Shown here: piece by piece, positions 35,170 to 43,553 of the stretch
Layout of the letters: each line of letters opens with the position of its first letter
Position numbering within the stretch: position 1 is the first letter of the stretch
Notes under the pieces: generated by a model
The model's input: only the letters and a program-made list of their open reading frames with translations
Databases searched by the model: none
Told to the model about the DNA's origin: nothing
Position numbers and translations under genes: made by a program
Sequence record: OR992644.1
DNA from: Escherichia phage EP-B-K_E2
Strand: one strand, 5' to 3'
Length of the DNA stretch: 43,553 nucleotides

Positions 35170-35586
35170 ATGAAACTTTCTGATTTTTATTTCGAAGAGA
35201 AAGCACTGGTAGGCAAGAAGATGCCGATTCTCCTGCCAAATGGTGAAGACTCAGGGGAATGGCTTAATGTTGTAAATCCGGATGCGGATGCCGCCGTTAA
35301 AGCGGGGCGTGCTTTCATTATCGCGTACCGTCGCGGACTGGCGCGTTTCGAAGAACTGGAAAAAACCGCTAAAGCCTCCGGCGACTATACAGAATACAAC
35401 CTGGCGGTTAACGAACTGGCGGAAGACCTCAACCGGCAACTTGCGGCAGAAGTCGTAAACGGCTGGAGCTTTGACGAGCCTTTCTCTAAGGAAGCGTTTA
35501 ACAAGTTGCTCGACCAGTTCAAGGCATTAGGCACACAGGTAGCCGCGTTCCATAACGCTGAGCGCAAAGCATTACAGGAAAAGTAG
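35170..35586 (+). CDS. tail assembly chaperone (G-like)
   Basis: 138 aa immediately upstream of tape measure with overlapping downstream frame. Confidence 0.6.
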   Translation: MKLSDFYFEEKALVGKKMPILLPNGEDSGEWLNVVNPDADAAVKAGRAFIIAYRRGLARFEELEKTAKASGDYTEYNLAVNELAEDLNRQLAAEVVNGWSFDEPFSKEAFNKLLDQFKALGTQVAAFHNAERKALQEK

Positions 35587-35618
35587 ACGCGCTGTACAGG
35601 TTCGCCACCTACGAGTTT

Positions 35619-35951
35619 GTGGATAAGCATAAAATCAGAGAGTTTGATTCTATAGCTGACGGACACGAGCAGGCGCTTATCGCGATGGGTGTAATCGATA
35701 AGAAAAAACGTGCAGCGCGACGGGGTGGGCCGGAATGTCCGCCCCTTTTTATATCCACCTTTGAGACGTATTGCGACATTAAGTTTACGCGACACGTGCG
35801 CGAGGACGCTGTAGTATTGTTTGCAAGAGAATCCGTTACGTGGCAAGACCTGAAAGCCTATCTCGACGTTACGAAAAAACAGCTTAGCCTGTTCGAGATA
35901 GACATTATCATGGGCTTAGAAGCAATCTTTGAAGGTAGAAACCATGGCTGA
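35619..35951 (+). CDS. tail assembly chaperone extension (T-like), probably expressed by -1 frameshift; frame open from 35562
   Basis: No SD before GTG; frame-0 ORF overlaps end of 35170 gene around GGAAAAG at 35577-35583. Confidence 0.45.
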   Translation: MDKHKIREFDSIADGHEQALIAMGVIDKKKRAARRGGPECPPLFISTFETYCDIKFTRHVREDAVVLFARESVTWQDLKAYLDVTKKQLSLFEIDIIMGLEAIFEGRNHG

Positions 35952-38217
35952 TATCGCTAGCTTGATAGTACGAGTATCCGCAACCGGCGTCGATAAAGTC
36001 ACATCACAACTGAACGGGCTTACTAAAGCCGCAGGCGCTGCGGCTGCCGCCGTTGTCAGCCTGGAAACCGCTAAGCAGGTGTTCAGTGCGCTGGTGGACT
36101 CCCAGCGAAACTTCGATAAGCTGAACTCCGGCCTAATCACAATGACCGGGAGTGCTGAGAACGCGGCTAAGGCTTTCAGCGTCCTGCAACAGTTCGCAAA
36201 AGAAACCCCGTATGGCCTCAATCAGGCGGTCGAGGGCTTCACTAAACTTGTAGCTCTTGGTCTTAACCCCAGCAAAGAGGCGTTAATCTCCTACGGCAAC
36301 ACCGCCGCTGCGATGGGCAAAGACCTTAATCAGATGATTGAGGCTGTGGCGGACGCCAGTACATTTGAGTTTGAGCGACTGAAAGAGTTTGGTATCAAGT
36401 CGTCACAGCAGGCGGATACAGTGTCGTTCACGTTCCGCGGTGTTACCACCACGGTTAAGAAGAACTCCGAAGAGATTCAGAAATACCTTCTGAATATTGG
36501 TAACACTGATTTCGCCGGAGCGATGGAAACGCGTTCGAAAACCCTTGACGGGCAGTTATCCAGCCTCGCGGACTCCTTTGACGGCCTTGTACTTGCGGTG
36601 GCGCAATCAGGTTTCGGCGACGCCGTAGGTGAGCAAGCTGCGAGGGCGGAAGATGCTATCACGGCGCTTACTGATGCCATCGCGTCTAATGAGATAGCAG
36701 CCACGCTCCAGGATTGGGTAACACTGTTCAATGAATCGTTCAAGTTTATCTCTGATGCCTTGAACGACCTGGCATACGATACCGAGGACAAATCCGTGGA
36801 TATGTCCGACTCGCTGGGGGGTATACCGGACGCTATCCGTGAGTGGTTGCCCGACATTCAGCAGACATTCCACGAGGTTATTGCGTGGTTCCAGCGCATT
36901 GACGATTATGCCGTAGCGTTAGGCCAGACCCTTGCCGACGTGTTTGACCCGAGCAAAACGGCGGCGCTTACATTTAAAAACCTTACCGCAGAGGCTGATG
37001 CCGCATACGATGCCAGCATAAAACGGGCGGAGGCCGAGTCGCAGGCCATTACCAACAGGTCTAAGCAGCGTAAGAAAGAAATTGAGGAACAACGCAAGCA
37101 GTATGATGAGCGCAAGAAGCAAGAGATTGACTTAGCCAGCCTTGTTAATAAAAAGGGCGGAACTGGTGGAACGGGGGAAACCGACGATAAAGCAGCAAAA
37201 GCCGCCGCCAAGAAAGCAGAGCAATTGCGCAAACAGGCGCAAGATTACCTCGACACTTTGGCCCGTCAGAACAACGACGAGTTAAAAGCTATTGACGCGC
37301 AGGAACAGCAGAAACTGGCTAAAGCGAAAGAGTTCTACAGCCAGGGCGCACTGTCACTGAAAGAATACGAACAAGCTAAAACAGCTATCGTCCTCGAAGC
37401 CGGACAAAAACGGCAAGATGAACTGGATAAACGCCAGAAAGAAGCCCTGGAAAAGCAGCAGAAAGGCGACGACTTCATGGCTCAGATTATGGGCCAGAAC
37501 GCTACTGAGCTTGAGCTTCTCGACATCCAGGAACAGCAGAAACTGGCGGTAGCGGATAAGTACCGCGAGCAGGGTTTGATTAGCGAGAAGCAGTATCAGG
37601 CCGCGCTTAACGCCATCAACGAGCAATACGCCACCAAGCGTGCTGATGCAACGGCAACGGCCTTTGGTAACATGGCCTCAAACATCGGGTCTGCGTTGGG
37701 TGAGGCTTCTGGCGCGTACAAGGCATTCGCTATCGTACAGGCCACCATAGCCACGTACACCGCGGCTATCGAGGCGTACAAGTCCACGGCGGCTATCCCC
37801 ATAGTCGGCCCGTTCCTGGCCCCTGTAGCCGCTGCCGCTGCCGTTGGTGCAGGTATGGCTCAGGTTTCCGCTATCAGGTCAGCACGTGAACAAGGTGGTC
37901 AGTTATCCGCGGGGCAGGCTTCTACTATAGCAGAACGCGGAAAACCAGAAGTTATCATGCCTGCCGGGGCATCGCGTGTGCGCACCGCACAGCAGATGAA
38001 AGAAATTATGGGCCAAAACGGGTCTTCTTCCGGCCCGTCCAATGTTACTATCGTAAACAACACGAGTTCTCAAATCGGCAACGTATCCACCGAGCAAGAT
38101 GATGAAGGCCGTTTGCGTATCATCATCGAGGAGCAAGTGGCAGCCTCTTTGCAGAACAGCAACAGTAAGATTAGCAAGGCCCGCAAGGCCACAAGAAATG
38201 CGCCGGGGTTTAAATAA
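35944..38217 (+). CDS. tail tape measure protein
   Basis: 758 aa, Ala/Gln-rich coiled coil, internal repeats, position. Confidence 0.8.
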   Translation: MADIASLIVRVSATGVDKVTSQLNGLTKAAGAAAAAVVSLETAKQVFSALVDSQRNFDKLNSGLITMTGSAENAAKAFSVLQQFAKETPYGLNQAVEGFTKLVALGLNPSKEALISYGNTAAAMGKDLNQMIEAVADASTFEFERLKEFGIKSSQQADTVSFTFRGVTTTVKKNSEEIQKYLLNIGNTDFAGAMETRSKTLDGQLSSLADSFDGLVLAVAQSGFGDAVGEQAARAEDAITALTDAIASNEIAATLQDWVTLFNESFKFISDALNDLAYDTEDKSVDMSDSLGGIPDAIREWLPDIQQTFHEVIAWFQRIDDYAVALGQTLADVFDPSKTAALTFKNLTAEADAAYDASIKRAEAESQAITNRSKQRKKEIEEQRKQYDERKKQEIDLASLVNKKGGTGGTGETDDKAAKAAAKKAEQLRKQAQDYLDTLARQNNDELKAIDAQEQQKLAKAKEFYSQGALSLKEYEQAKTAIVLEAGQKRQDELDKRQKEALEKQQKGDDFMAQIMGQNATELELLDIQEQQKLAVADKYREQGLISEKQYQAALNAINEQYATKRADATATAFGNMASNIGSALGEASGAYKAFAIVQATIATYTAAIEAYKSTAAIPIVGPFLAPVAAAAAVGAGMAQVSAIRSAREQGGQLSAGQASTIAERGKPEVIMPAGASRVRTAQQMKEIMGQNGSSSGPSNVTIVNNTSSQIGNVSTEQDDEGRLRIIIEEQVAASLQNSNSKISKARKATRNAPGFK
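37300..37547 (+). repeat. in-frame direct repeat inside tape measure gene
   Basis: Exact 20-mer caggaacagcagaaactggc at 37300 and 37528 (228 bp apart); protein repeat IDAQEQQKLA / LDIQEQQKLA. Confidence 0.7.
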
Positions 38218-38717
38218 TGAGCGACTTATATTTCCCACGTAGCCTTAAGCCGGTGGTATCGAAAGGCTACTCAATGACCAGACGCAACAACGTCTGGAGT
38301 GTCGATTTAGCAGGTGGTGGTGTGCGCCAGGGCCGTGACACGTATTACGACGTGTTCCCGATAAGCGTAACCCTGATTACATCGGCACTAGGGCGGCAGG
38401 CGTTTCTGTCGTTCCTTGAGAAAGTCGATGGCGGTGCGTCAAGTTTCTGGATGGCGCACGACTTCGGCATGGGCATCGAGGATTACCAGGTAACAATCAC
38501 GTCCACCATCGCGGAGTCAACCGAAGACGGCATTAACTGGACAATTACCTTCACGGCAACCGCCGAGAAATCACCGTTCCAGGATGAAGATAACCAGTGC
38601 CTTGTTAACAATCTACCAGATTTGTATGGTTGCTATGGCGACGGGCTGGGATGTTTCCTTAAAGCCTACGGAACCGCGCAATCAACGTTTCCACGAATTT
38701 GGGACCCGATGCAATGA
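38217..38717 (+). CDS. minor tail protein (distal tail, lambda M-like position)
   Basis: 166 aa immediately after tape measure. Confidence 0.45.
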   Translation: MSDLYFPRSLKPVVSKGYSMTRRNNVWSVDLAGGGVRQGRDTYYDVFPISVTLITSALGRQAFLSFLEKVDGGASSFWMAHDFGMGIEDYQVTITSTIAESTEDGINWTITFTATAEKSPFQDEDNQCLVNNLPDLYGCYGDGLGCFLKAYGTAQSTFPRIWDPMQ

Positions 38718-39229
38718 GTCAGGAATCAGTAGAAGCAGCCTATCGCCGTAAGCTGGCCTCAAATCCCGACGGCGAGATGGACTACATCACGTTGCAAATC
38801 AGCCACCCGTTACTATCGAAGACGTACTATCTTGTGCGCGGGCTACAGGAACTTACGGCAACACTGGAGACGGGTGAAACTATAACCTTCGAACCCACCC
38901 CGATGGAAGCGTCGGGGGCCTCTAACAACAGCGATATGGACCAGACGACGACGTTTACTTTACCGGATATTCTCAACCAACTGGACGATGAGATGGATAA
39001 AATCCCGATGAGTAACACCGAGTTGCCGAAATTCGTCTTCCGCCGTTACGTCAGCACCGACCTGTCTTATCCCGCTGATGGCCCGGTCGTGTACGAGTTG
39101 CAGGCCATCAACCAGGAAAAGGGCGAGTTCTCCGCGGATGTCGGTACACCTATGCTGAACCAACGAAGCACTGGTATACTGATGACACCTAAAGAGATAC
39201 CGTTATTACGCGGGCTGTTGACCACATGA
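38714..39229 (+). CDS. minor tail protein (lambda L-like position)
   Basis: ORF trimmed to ATG 38714; position. Confidence 0.45.
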   Translation: MSQESVEAAYRRKLASNPDGEMDYITLQISHPLLSKTYYLVRGLQELTATLETGETITFEPTPMEASGASNNSDMDQTTTFTLPDILNQLDDEMDKIPMSNTELPKFVFRRYVSTDLSYPADGPVVYELQAINQEKGEFSADVGTPMLNQRSTGILMTPKEIPLLRGLLTT

Positions 39230-39591
39230 ATATTAACGACTACACGGGCATACCGTACGACTTTCGTAAACGTAATTGCTGGCATCACGTGCGCATTGTC
39301 CGCGCGGATGCCGGGTTAGAGACGCCAGCGTTCGACGTCACAAGCCCAACGGCAATTAATGAAGCGTTCGACGAAGGCCACCGCAACACGAAGGGGCTTA
39401 CGAAAATTGATAAGCCTGAAAACTTCTGTGCGGTGCTTATGGGGTATCGCCGTGGGGGTCGCATCGTGTGGCACGCAGGAGTTTACTTCAATGGTATGGT
39501 GAGTCATTGCGAGCTTGCGTCCCGTCAGGTACGGCTTGACAGGCTGGCGGACCTCAGAGACACGTACACGGAGATTGAATTTTGGCGATAA
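39226..39591 (+). CDS. NlpC/P60-family tail protein (lambda K-like position)
   Basis: Candidate catalytic Cys in RNCWHHV and His in VWHAGVY. Confidence 0.5.
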   Translation: MNINDYTGIPYDFRKRNCWHHVRIVRADAGLETPAFDVTSPTAINEAFDEGHRNTKGLTKIDKPENFCAVLMGYRRGGRIVWHAGVYFNGMVSHCELASRQVRLDRLADLRDTYTEIEFWR

Positions 39592-42137
39592 TCCTGCACT
39601 ACACGCGAAACGCTGAAGGCGCTTTCGACCGTACAAAACACGTCGGGATGCCGATGGAGTTTGTCGTTAACCGTATCCCGGACGGCGTGCCGGTGCGCGT
39701 CTATCTCGGTGAGATTGGTGATGATACCGACGTAACTGACGACTTCGACGCGCTTAAAGATGAAGACGCTGTGTACCACATTATTGAGGGCGCTGGTGGT
39801 GGGATAGGTAACGCTATTGGGAAGGTATTCGGCTTTATCCTTAAGCCAATCGCTAAGTTGTTCGGGCTTAACACCGCGGCTAACGCTAATTATTCAGCAA
39901 CCAACAATCAGACAACGTCACCGAACAACAGCCTTACCGACCGCTCCAACAAGCCGCGACCTTACGAGCGCTCTTATGACATATGCGGTACTGTGCAGAC
40001 AATCCCTAATGACCTGATGCAGACGTATAAGGCGTTCAACTCAACTGGTGCTTTGCTGGAGTATTCATACTACGACGCCGGGCGCGGGCATCTGCATATC
40101 GAAGCGGATGGTGTCACAGAAGGTGATACCCAGATTAGCGGTATTACCGGCTCCTCTGTTGCTGTGTACGCCCCATACACTTCACCAAACAACACAACTA
40201 CACCGCAGTTACAGATCGGCGACGTTATAAACCAAAAATTATACATTACTTTTATGAACGATGATGTTGACGGTGTTGTGCTTAAGGCACCTAACGATTT
40301 AGGCGTAGTTTTTGACGGTGAAACGGCATTCGTATCCGTCTCGGGCAACACCGGCACCCTAACCGAAACTTCGTCGGCGGTAGATTTCAGTGAAGACATA
40401 TCCGTAGGTGACATCGTAGTTTGCAGCCCTATGTGGACGACAAACGACGTGTCTCTTACTGGTCATTACCGGGTTTTAGACGTATCAGAAAACACGGTTA
40501 CTCTAAATATTACAGGGCGCGAATCCGACTGGAACGCCGCCGTAGGGTATGCCATTCGGGGGAACGACGCAGAGAACTCTATGCGCCCGCAGGACACATA
40601 CAACAAGTCGCTAACCGACTGGTACTACATCACCAGAGGAAGTGTTGACCGTGTCCTGGCTAACTTCGCCGGCGCTAATGGTATGTACCGCTACAACGGC
40701 AGCTATAGCACTGCAAGCGCCACGATAGAGCTGCAATTTCAAGCGGTAAACGAACAAAGACAGCCGATTGGCGATATTTACACGACACGGGTTGTAGTAA
40801 CTGGTCGCAACACCGATTACACTGGAACAAGCGCCTACGGCTACCTTCCAATGGCAAGCAGGGTCCGCGTAAGAGCTAGACGGGTTAGCAACTCTGATAA
40901 AGATTTCGACGGTACGGTAAGTGACGAGATAACGTTCATCAACCTGTACGGGCAGTCTCTGGATACAACCCCCCACTACGGTAACAGAACTACGGTACAT
41001 TGCGCCCGTAAACAGACCCCGCGAGCCGCCAGTATCGACAACCCGGAACTGCGCATGATTGCAACCGAGATGTGTTACAAATACCTCGGTAATGGTGTAT
41101 TCGATACGGTAATGACTCCGAACACGCAGGCGGTGCAGTCACTAATCAGACTGGCTCGGGACCCTGCGGTTGGCAATCTGGAACTGACAACGGCAAACAT
41201 GGACAAGTTACTTGCTGTGCAGGAAGAGATTGAGTCCTATTTCGGAAGTGAATTAGCGGGTCAGTTCTGTTACACGTTCGACGACTACGACACCACGATG
41301 CAGGACATCGTTCAGACTATAGCTGAAGCCGTGTTCTGTACCGCGTACCGTAAAGGCGCGGATATTATGCTGAGATTCGACCGTCCTGTTGCTGGGCCTG
41401 AAATGGTGTTCACCCACCGCAGTAAGACGACCGGTACAGAGAAATGGTCCCGCACGTTCAACGATTCGACAACCTACGATAGTCTGTCGTTCTCGTACAT
41501 CGACCCGGATACTAACGTACAGGAAACGATTTATATCCCGGAAGAACTCGGAGCAAACACCGAGGAGTACGAATCTAAGGGCGTGCGCAACTATCAGCAA
41601 GCGTACTGGCTGGCGTGGCGTCGCTATCAGCGCAACGCGTTAAGTAAAGTTGTCGTAGAGTTCGAAGCCACCGAAGAAGGCGCTCTCGCTACTCCCGGCG
41701 GCGTAATCAGCGTGGTTAAAGGCTCGCGTATCGCGCCGCAGGATGGCTATGTTGTTGCCGTTAATGGGCTTACACTTACACTATCCCAGCCTGTTACGTT
41801 TACTCCTGGCGATGACCACTCCATCATTCTTAAGAAGCGCGATGGCTCGGTGCAGAGTATCTCTGTTATCAAAGGAAGCCACGACCGAGAAGTGATTATG
41901 CTCTCCGCACCTGAGGAGGCAATTTACACAGGGAATAGCGCACTAAAAACTGAGTTTTCATTCGGCAACGAAGCAAGGCATAATGCCCAGAAGATAGTTG
42001 TTTCTTCAATCGACCCGGGCGACGACCGCACGGTCAAGATTACGGGTTACAACTATGACGACGGATTCTACAAATACGACGGCGTCGCACCTTTAGGTCG
42101 CGGTTTCTCCGACGGATTCAGCAATGGTTTTAATTAA
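39582..42137 (+). CDS. tail tip / central fiber protein (lambda J-like host specificity protein)
   Basis: 851 aa, last large tail gene before tailspike. Confidence 0.6.
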   Translation: MAIILHYTRNAEGAFDRTKHVGMPMEFVVNRIPDGVPVRVYLGEIGDDTDVTDDFDALKDEDAVYHIIEGAGGGIGNAIGKVFGFILKPIAKLFGLNTAANANYSATNNQTTSPNNSLTDRSNKPRPYERSYDICGTVQTIPNDLMQTYKAFNSTGALLEYSYYDAGRGHLHIEADGVTEGDTQISGITGSSVAVYAPYTSPNNTTTPQLQIGDVINQKLYITFMNDDVDGVVLKAPNDLGVVFDGETAFVSVSGNTGTLTETSSAVDFSEDISVGDIVVCSPMWTTNDVSLTGHYRVLDVSENTVTLNITGRESDWNAAVGYAIRGNDAENSMRPQDTYNKSLTDWYYITRGSVDRVLANFAGANGMYRYNGSYSTASATIELQFQAVNEQRQPIGDIYTTRVVVTGRNTDYTGTSAYGYLPMASRVRVRARRVSNSDKDFDGTVSDEITFINLYGQSLDTTPHYGNRTTVHCARKQTPRAASIDNPELRMIATEMCYKYLGNGVFDTVMTPNTQAVQSLIRLARDPAVGNLELTTANMDKLLAVQEEIESYFGSELAGQFCYTFDDYDTTMQDIVQTIAEAVFCTAYRKGADIMLRFDRPVAGPEMVFTHRSKTTGTEKWSRTFNDSTTYDSLSFSYIDPDTNVQETIYIPEELGANTEEYESKGVRNYQQAYWLAWRRYQRNALSKVVVEFEATEEGALATPGGVISVVKGSRIAPQDGYVVAVNGLTLTLSQPVTFTPGDDHSIILKKRDGSVQSISVIKGSHDREVIMLSAPEEAIYTGNSALKTEFSFGNEARHNAQKIVVSSIDPGDDRTVKITGYNYDDGFYKYDGVAPLGRGFSDGFSNGFN

Positions 42138-42149
42138 AGAGGACTCTAT

Positions 42150-43553
42150 ATGTCAAGCGGATGCGGTGACGTTTTAAGCCTGGCGGATTTACAGATTGCG
42201 AAGAAGCACCAGCTTTTCGAGGCTGAGGTTATCACAGGCAAATCAGGCGGCGTATCAACTGGTACTGATATTGATCACGCAACCAACGCTGTTACTGGGC
42301 AAGTGCAGAAAACAATGCCAGCCATTTTGAGAGATGTAGGATTTGAACCGGCGGCGTTCGATTTTTACACTGGAGGTACTCTTAGCGTGACTGACCGTAA
42401 TAAGGCGGTGTTATGGCCTTTAGGTTCTGGCGGAGATGGTGCGTGGTATAATTGGGAGGGCGCTTTGCCGAAAGTGGTCCCCGCTGCGTCTACTCCTGCT
42501 ACCACCGGGGGCATCGCCGCTGGTGCGTGGAAGCTAACTATGGACCCTACATTACGCAGTGACCTGACTAATGTGGAGTCAGACCTGGCCGAACTTAATT
42601 CCGATTTTGAAGCGTATAAGACATCACTGGCATCTGCAAACAGTGGCCTCCTGGTTGATGATAGCAACATAAAAGTCCAGGGCGACTTTAACAACACCGT
42701 AATCCGCACTCAGCACTCAAAAAATAATGACACACCAACCGTAAAAGATTTTGGTGCAATAGGCGACGGCGTAACCGACGATACTGCGGCACTCCATGCC
42801 GCGTTTGCCTCCGGTGTGTACTATTTCCCTCACGGCTTATATAAGACTACTACCGCATCGACGATATCACAGTTAGCCAAATCCGACGGCCCGGGTGTGA
42901 TAACGTTTAACGGGGTTAACTTCCCTGCGTCGCGCACGGTTGATAATGCTGTGTATCTTGTGTCGGTTCCTGAAATGTTCCCTACTATCCAGGCGGCCCT
43001 TGACTTCTTCAGTTTTAAACGTGCAGCTAATAACGCGTGGTTTCGCATTCAGGTCGATAATGGGGTGTACCAGGTTAAAAACATTCGTTCCAGGGTAAAA
43101 GACTGGCACGCCTTGCAAATTATAGGTAATGAGTCAAACCCTCTGGACTGTCAATTACAAGTAGACACTACTGACAACGGGTGTGGTTTTATTTTTGAAG
43201 ATGGGTTTGGGGCCGCGGTTATAAACGGCTTCCATATTTTCGGTGTAGGAGGATGGTCATCTAAGGGTGTATGGGCTAATCAAAGTTACGGAGCCGCTAT
43301 TCGTGTTATAGGGTCAGGTTCTAAGGTATCAACAGGAACCGCCATTCGTACGGAAAGAATATATTACGGATTCCAGGCGTTGTACGGCGGCACTATCAAC
43401 TGTCAGGGGACTACCGCCGTTCAGGCAGGGGACTGCGGATACCATGCATATGCTGCGACGATTAATGCTTACGGATGCACCGCACAGGACTGTGCGCACA
43501 CAAACGGTGAAAATCTTGGTTTCGGTTTCTGTGCCGAAGTTGGGGGGTTTATA
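42150..43553 (+). CDS. tailspike with pectate-lyase-like beta-helix (N-terminal part; continues at 2-364)
   Basis: SD aaagagga; KDFGAIGDGVTDDTAALHAAFASG pectate-lyase-type motif; no stop before window end; total 571 codons if circular. Confidence 0.7.
   Translation, partial: MSSGCGDVLSLADLQIAKKHQLFEAEVITGKSGGVSTGTDIDHATNAVTGQVQKTMPAILRDVGFEPAAFDFYTGGTLSVTDRNKAVLWPLGSGGDGAWYNWEGALPKVVPAASTPATTGGIAAGAWKLTMDPTLRSDLTNVESDLAELNSDFEAYKTSLASANSGLLVDDSNIKVQGDFNNTVIRTQHSKNNDTPTVKDFGAIGDGVTDDTAALHAAFASGVYYFPHGLYKTTTASTISQLAKSDGPGVITFNGVNFPASRTVDNAVYLVSVPEMFPTIQAALDFFSFKRAANNAWFRIQVDNGVYQVKNIRSRVKDWHALQIIGNESNPLDCQLQVDTTDNGCGFIFEDGFGAAVINGFHIFGVGGWSSKGVWANQSYGAAIRVIGSGSKVSTGTAIRTERIYYGFQALYGGTINCQGTTAVQAGDCGYHAYAATINAYGCTAQDCAHTNGENLGFGFCAEVGGFI
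43499..43553. repeat. 55-bp terminal redundancy identical to 1-55
   Basis: Exact identity; lies inside tailspike coding frame, consistent with circular-contig overlap. Confidence 0.9.

Noticed and set aside
1-43553. CRISPR array or integrase/attachment site (lysogeny module)
   Set aside because: No regularly spaced direct repeats with unique spacers, and no tyrosine or serine recombinase-sized ORF; the HTH proteins present are short regulators.

Overview
The window is a complete, circularly permuted genome of a tailed dsDNA phage (siphovirus-type, about 43.5 kb unique). Bases 1-55 are identical to 43499-43553, and a tailspike gene reads in frame across that junction. Gene content and order resemble Jersey-like (Guernseyvirinae-type) enterobacterial phages, but that is inference from memory, not a database result. 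Layout: a minus-strand early/replication arm (393-12445) with SNF2-type helicase, C5-cytosine methyltransferase, VRR-NUC nuclease, HNH endonuclease, family A DNA polymerase, DUF2815-like and DUF2800-like proteins, primase/helicase and small HTH regulators; a divergent regulatory region (12446-12907); then a plus-strand arm with many small genes, holin/endolysin, terminase, portal, capsid, tail and tailspike genes. No integrase, tRNA or CRISPR array was seen, so the phage is probably virulent. The most interesting features are: (1) a conserved AATAG-N4-CTATT dyad embedded in at least nine sigma70-like promoters of two fixed architectures, implying one phage-encoded regulator controls them; (2) three reverse-oriented accessory (moron) units inside the late structural module, each with its own promoter of that class, including a cassette of membrane protein + HTH-metallophosphoesterase + DUF3310-like protein; (3) a hairpin that sequesters the Shine-Dalgarno of the TTG-initiated holin; (4) an overlapped spanin pair lying 10 kb from the holin/endolysin; (5) a probable -1 frameshift in the tail assembly chaperone; (6) two free-standing HNH homing-type endonucleases; (7) a block of tiny early genes with paralogs and a decayed duplicate. 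All functional calls rest on motifs read from the translations; none has been confirmed by search.
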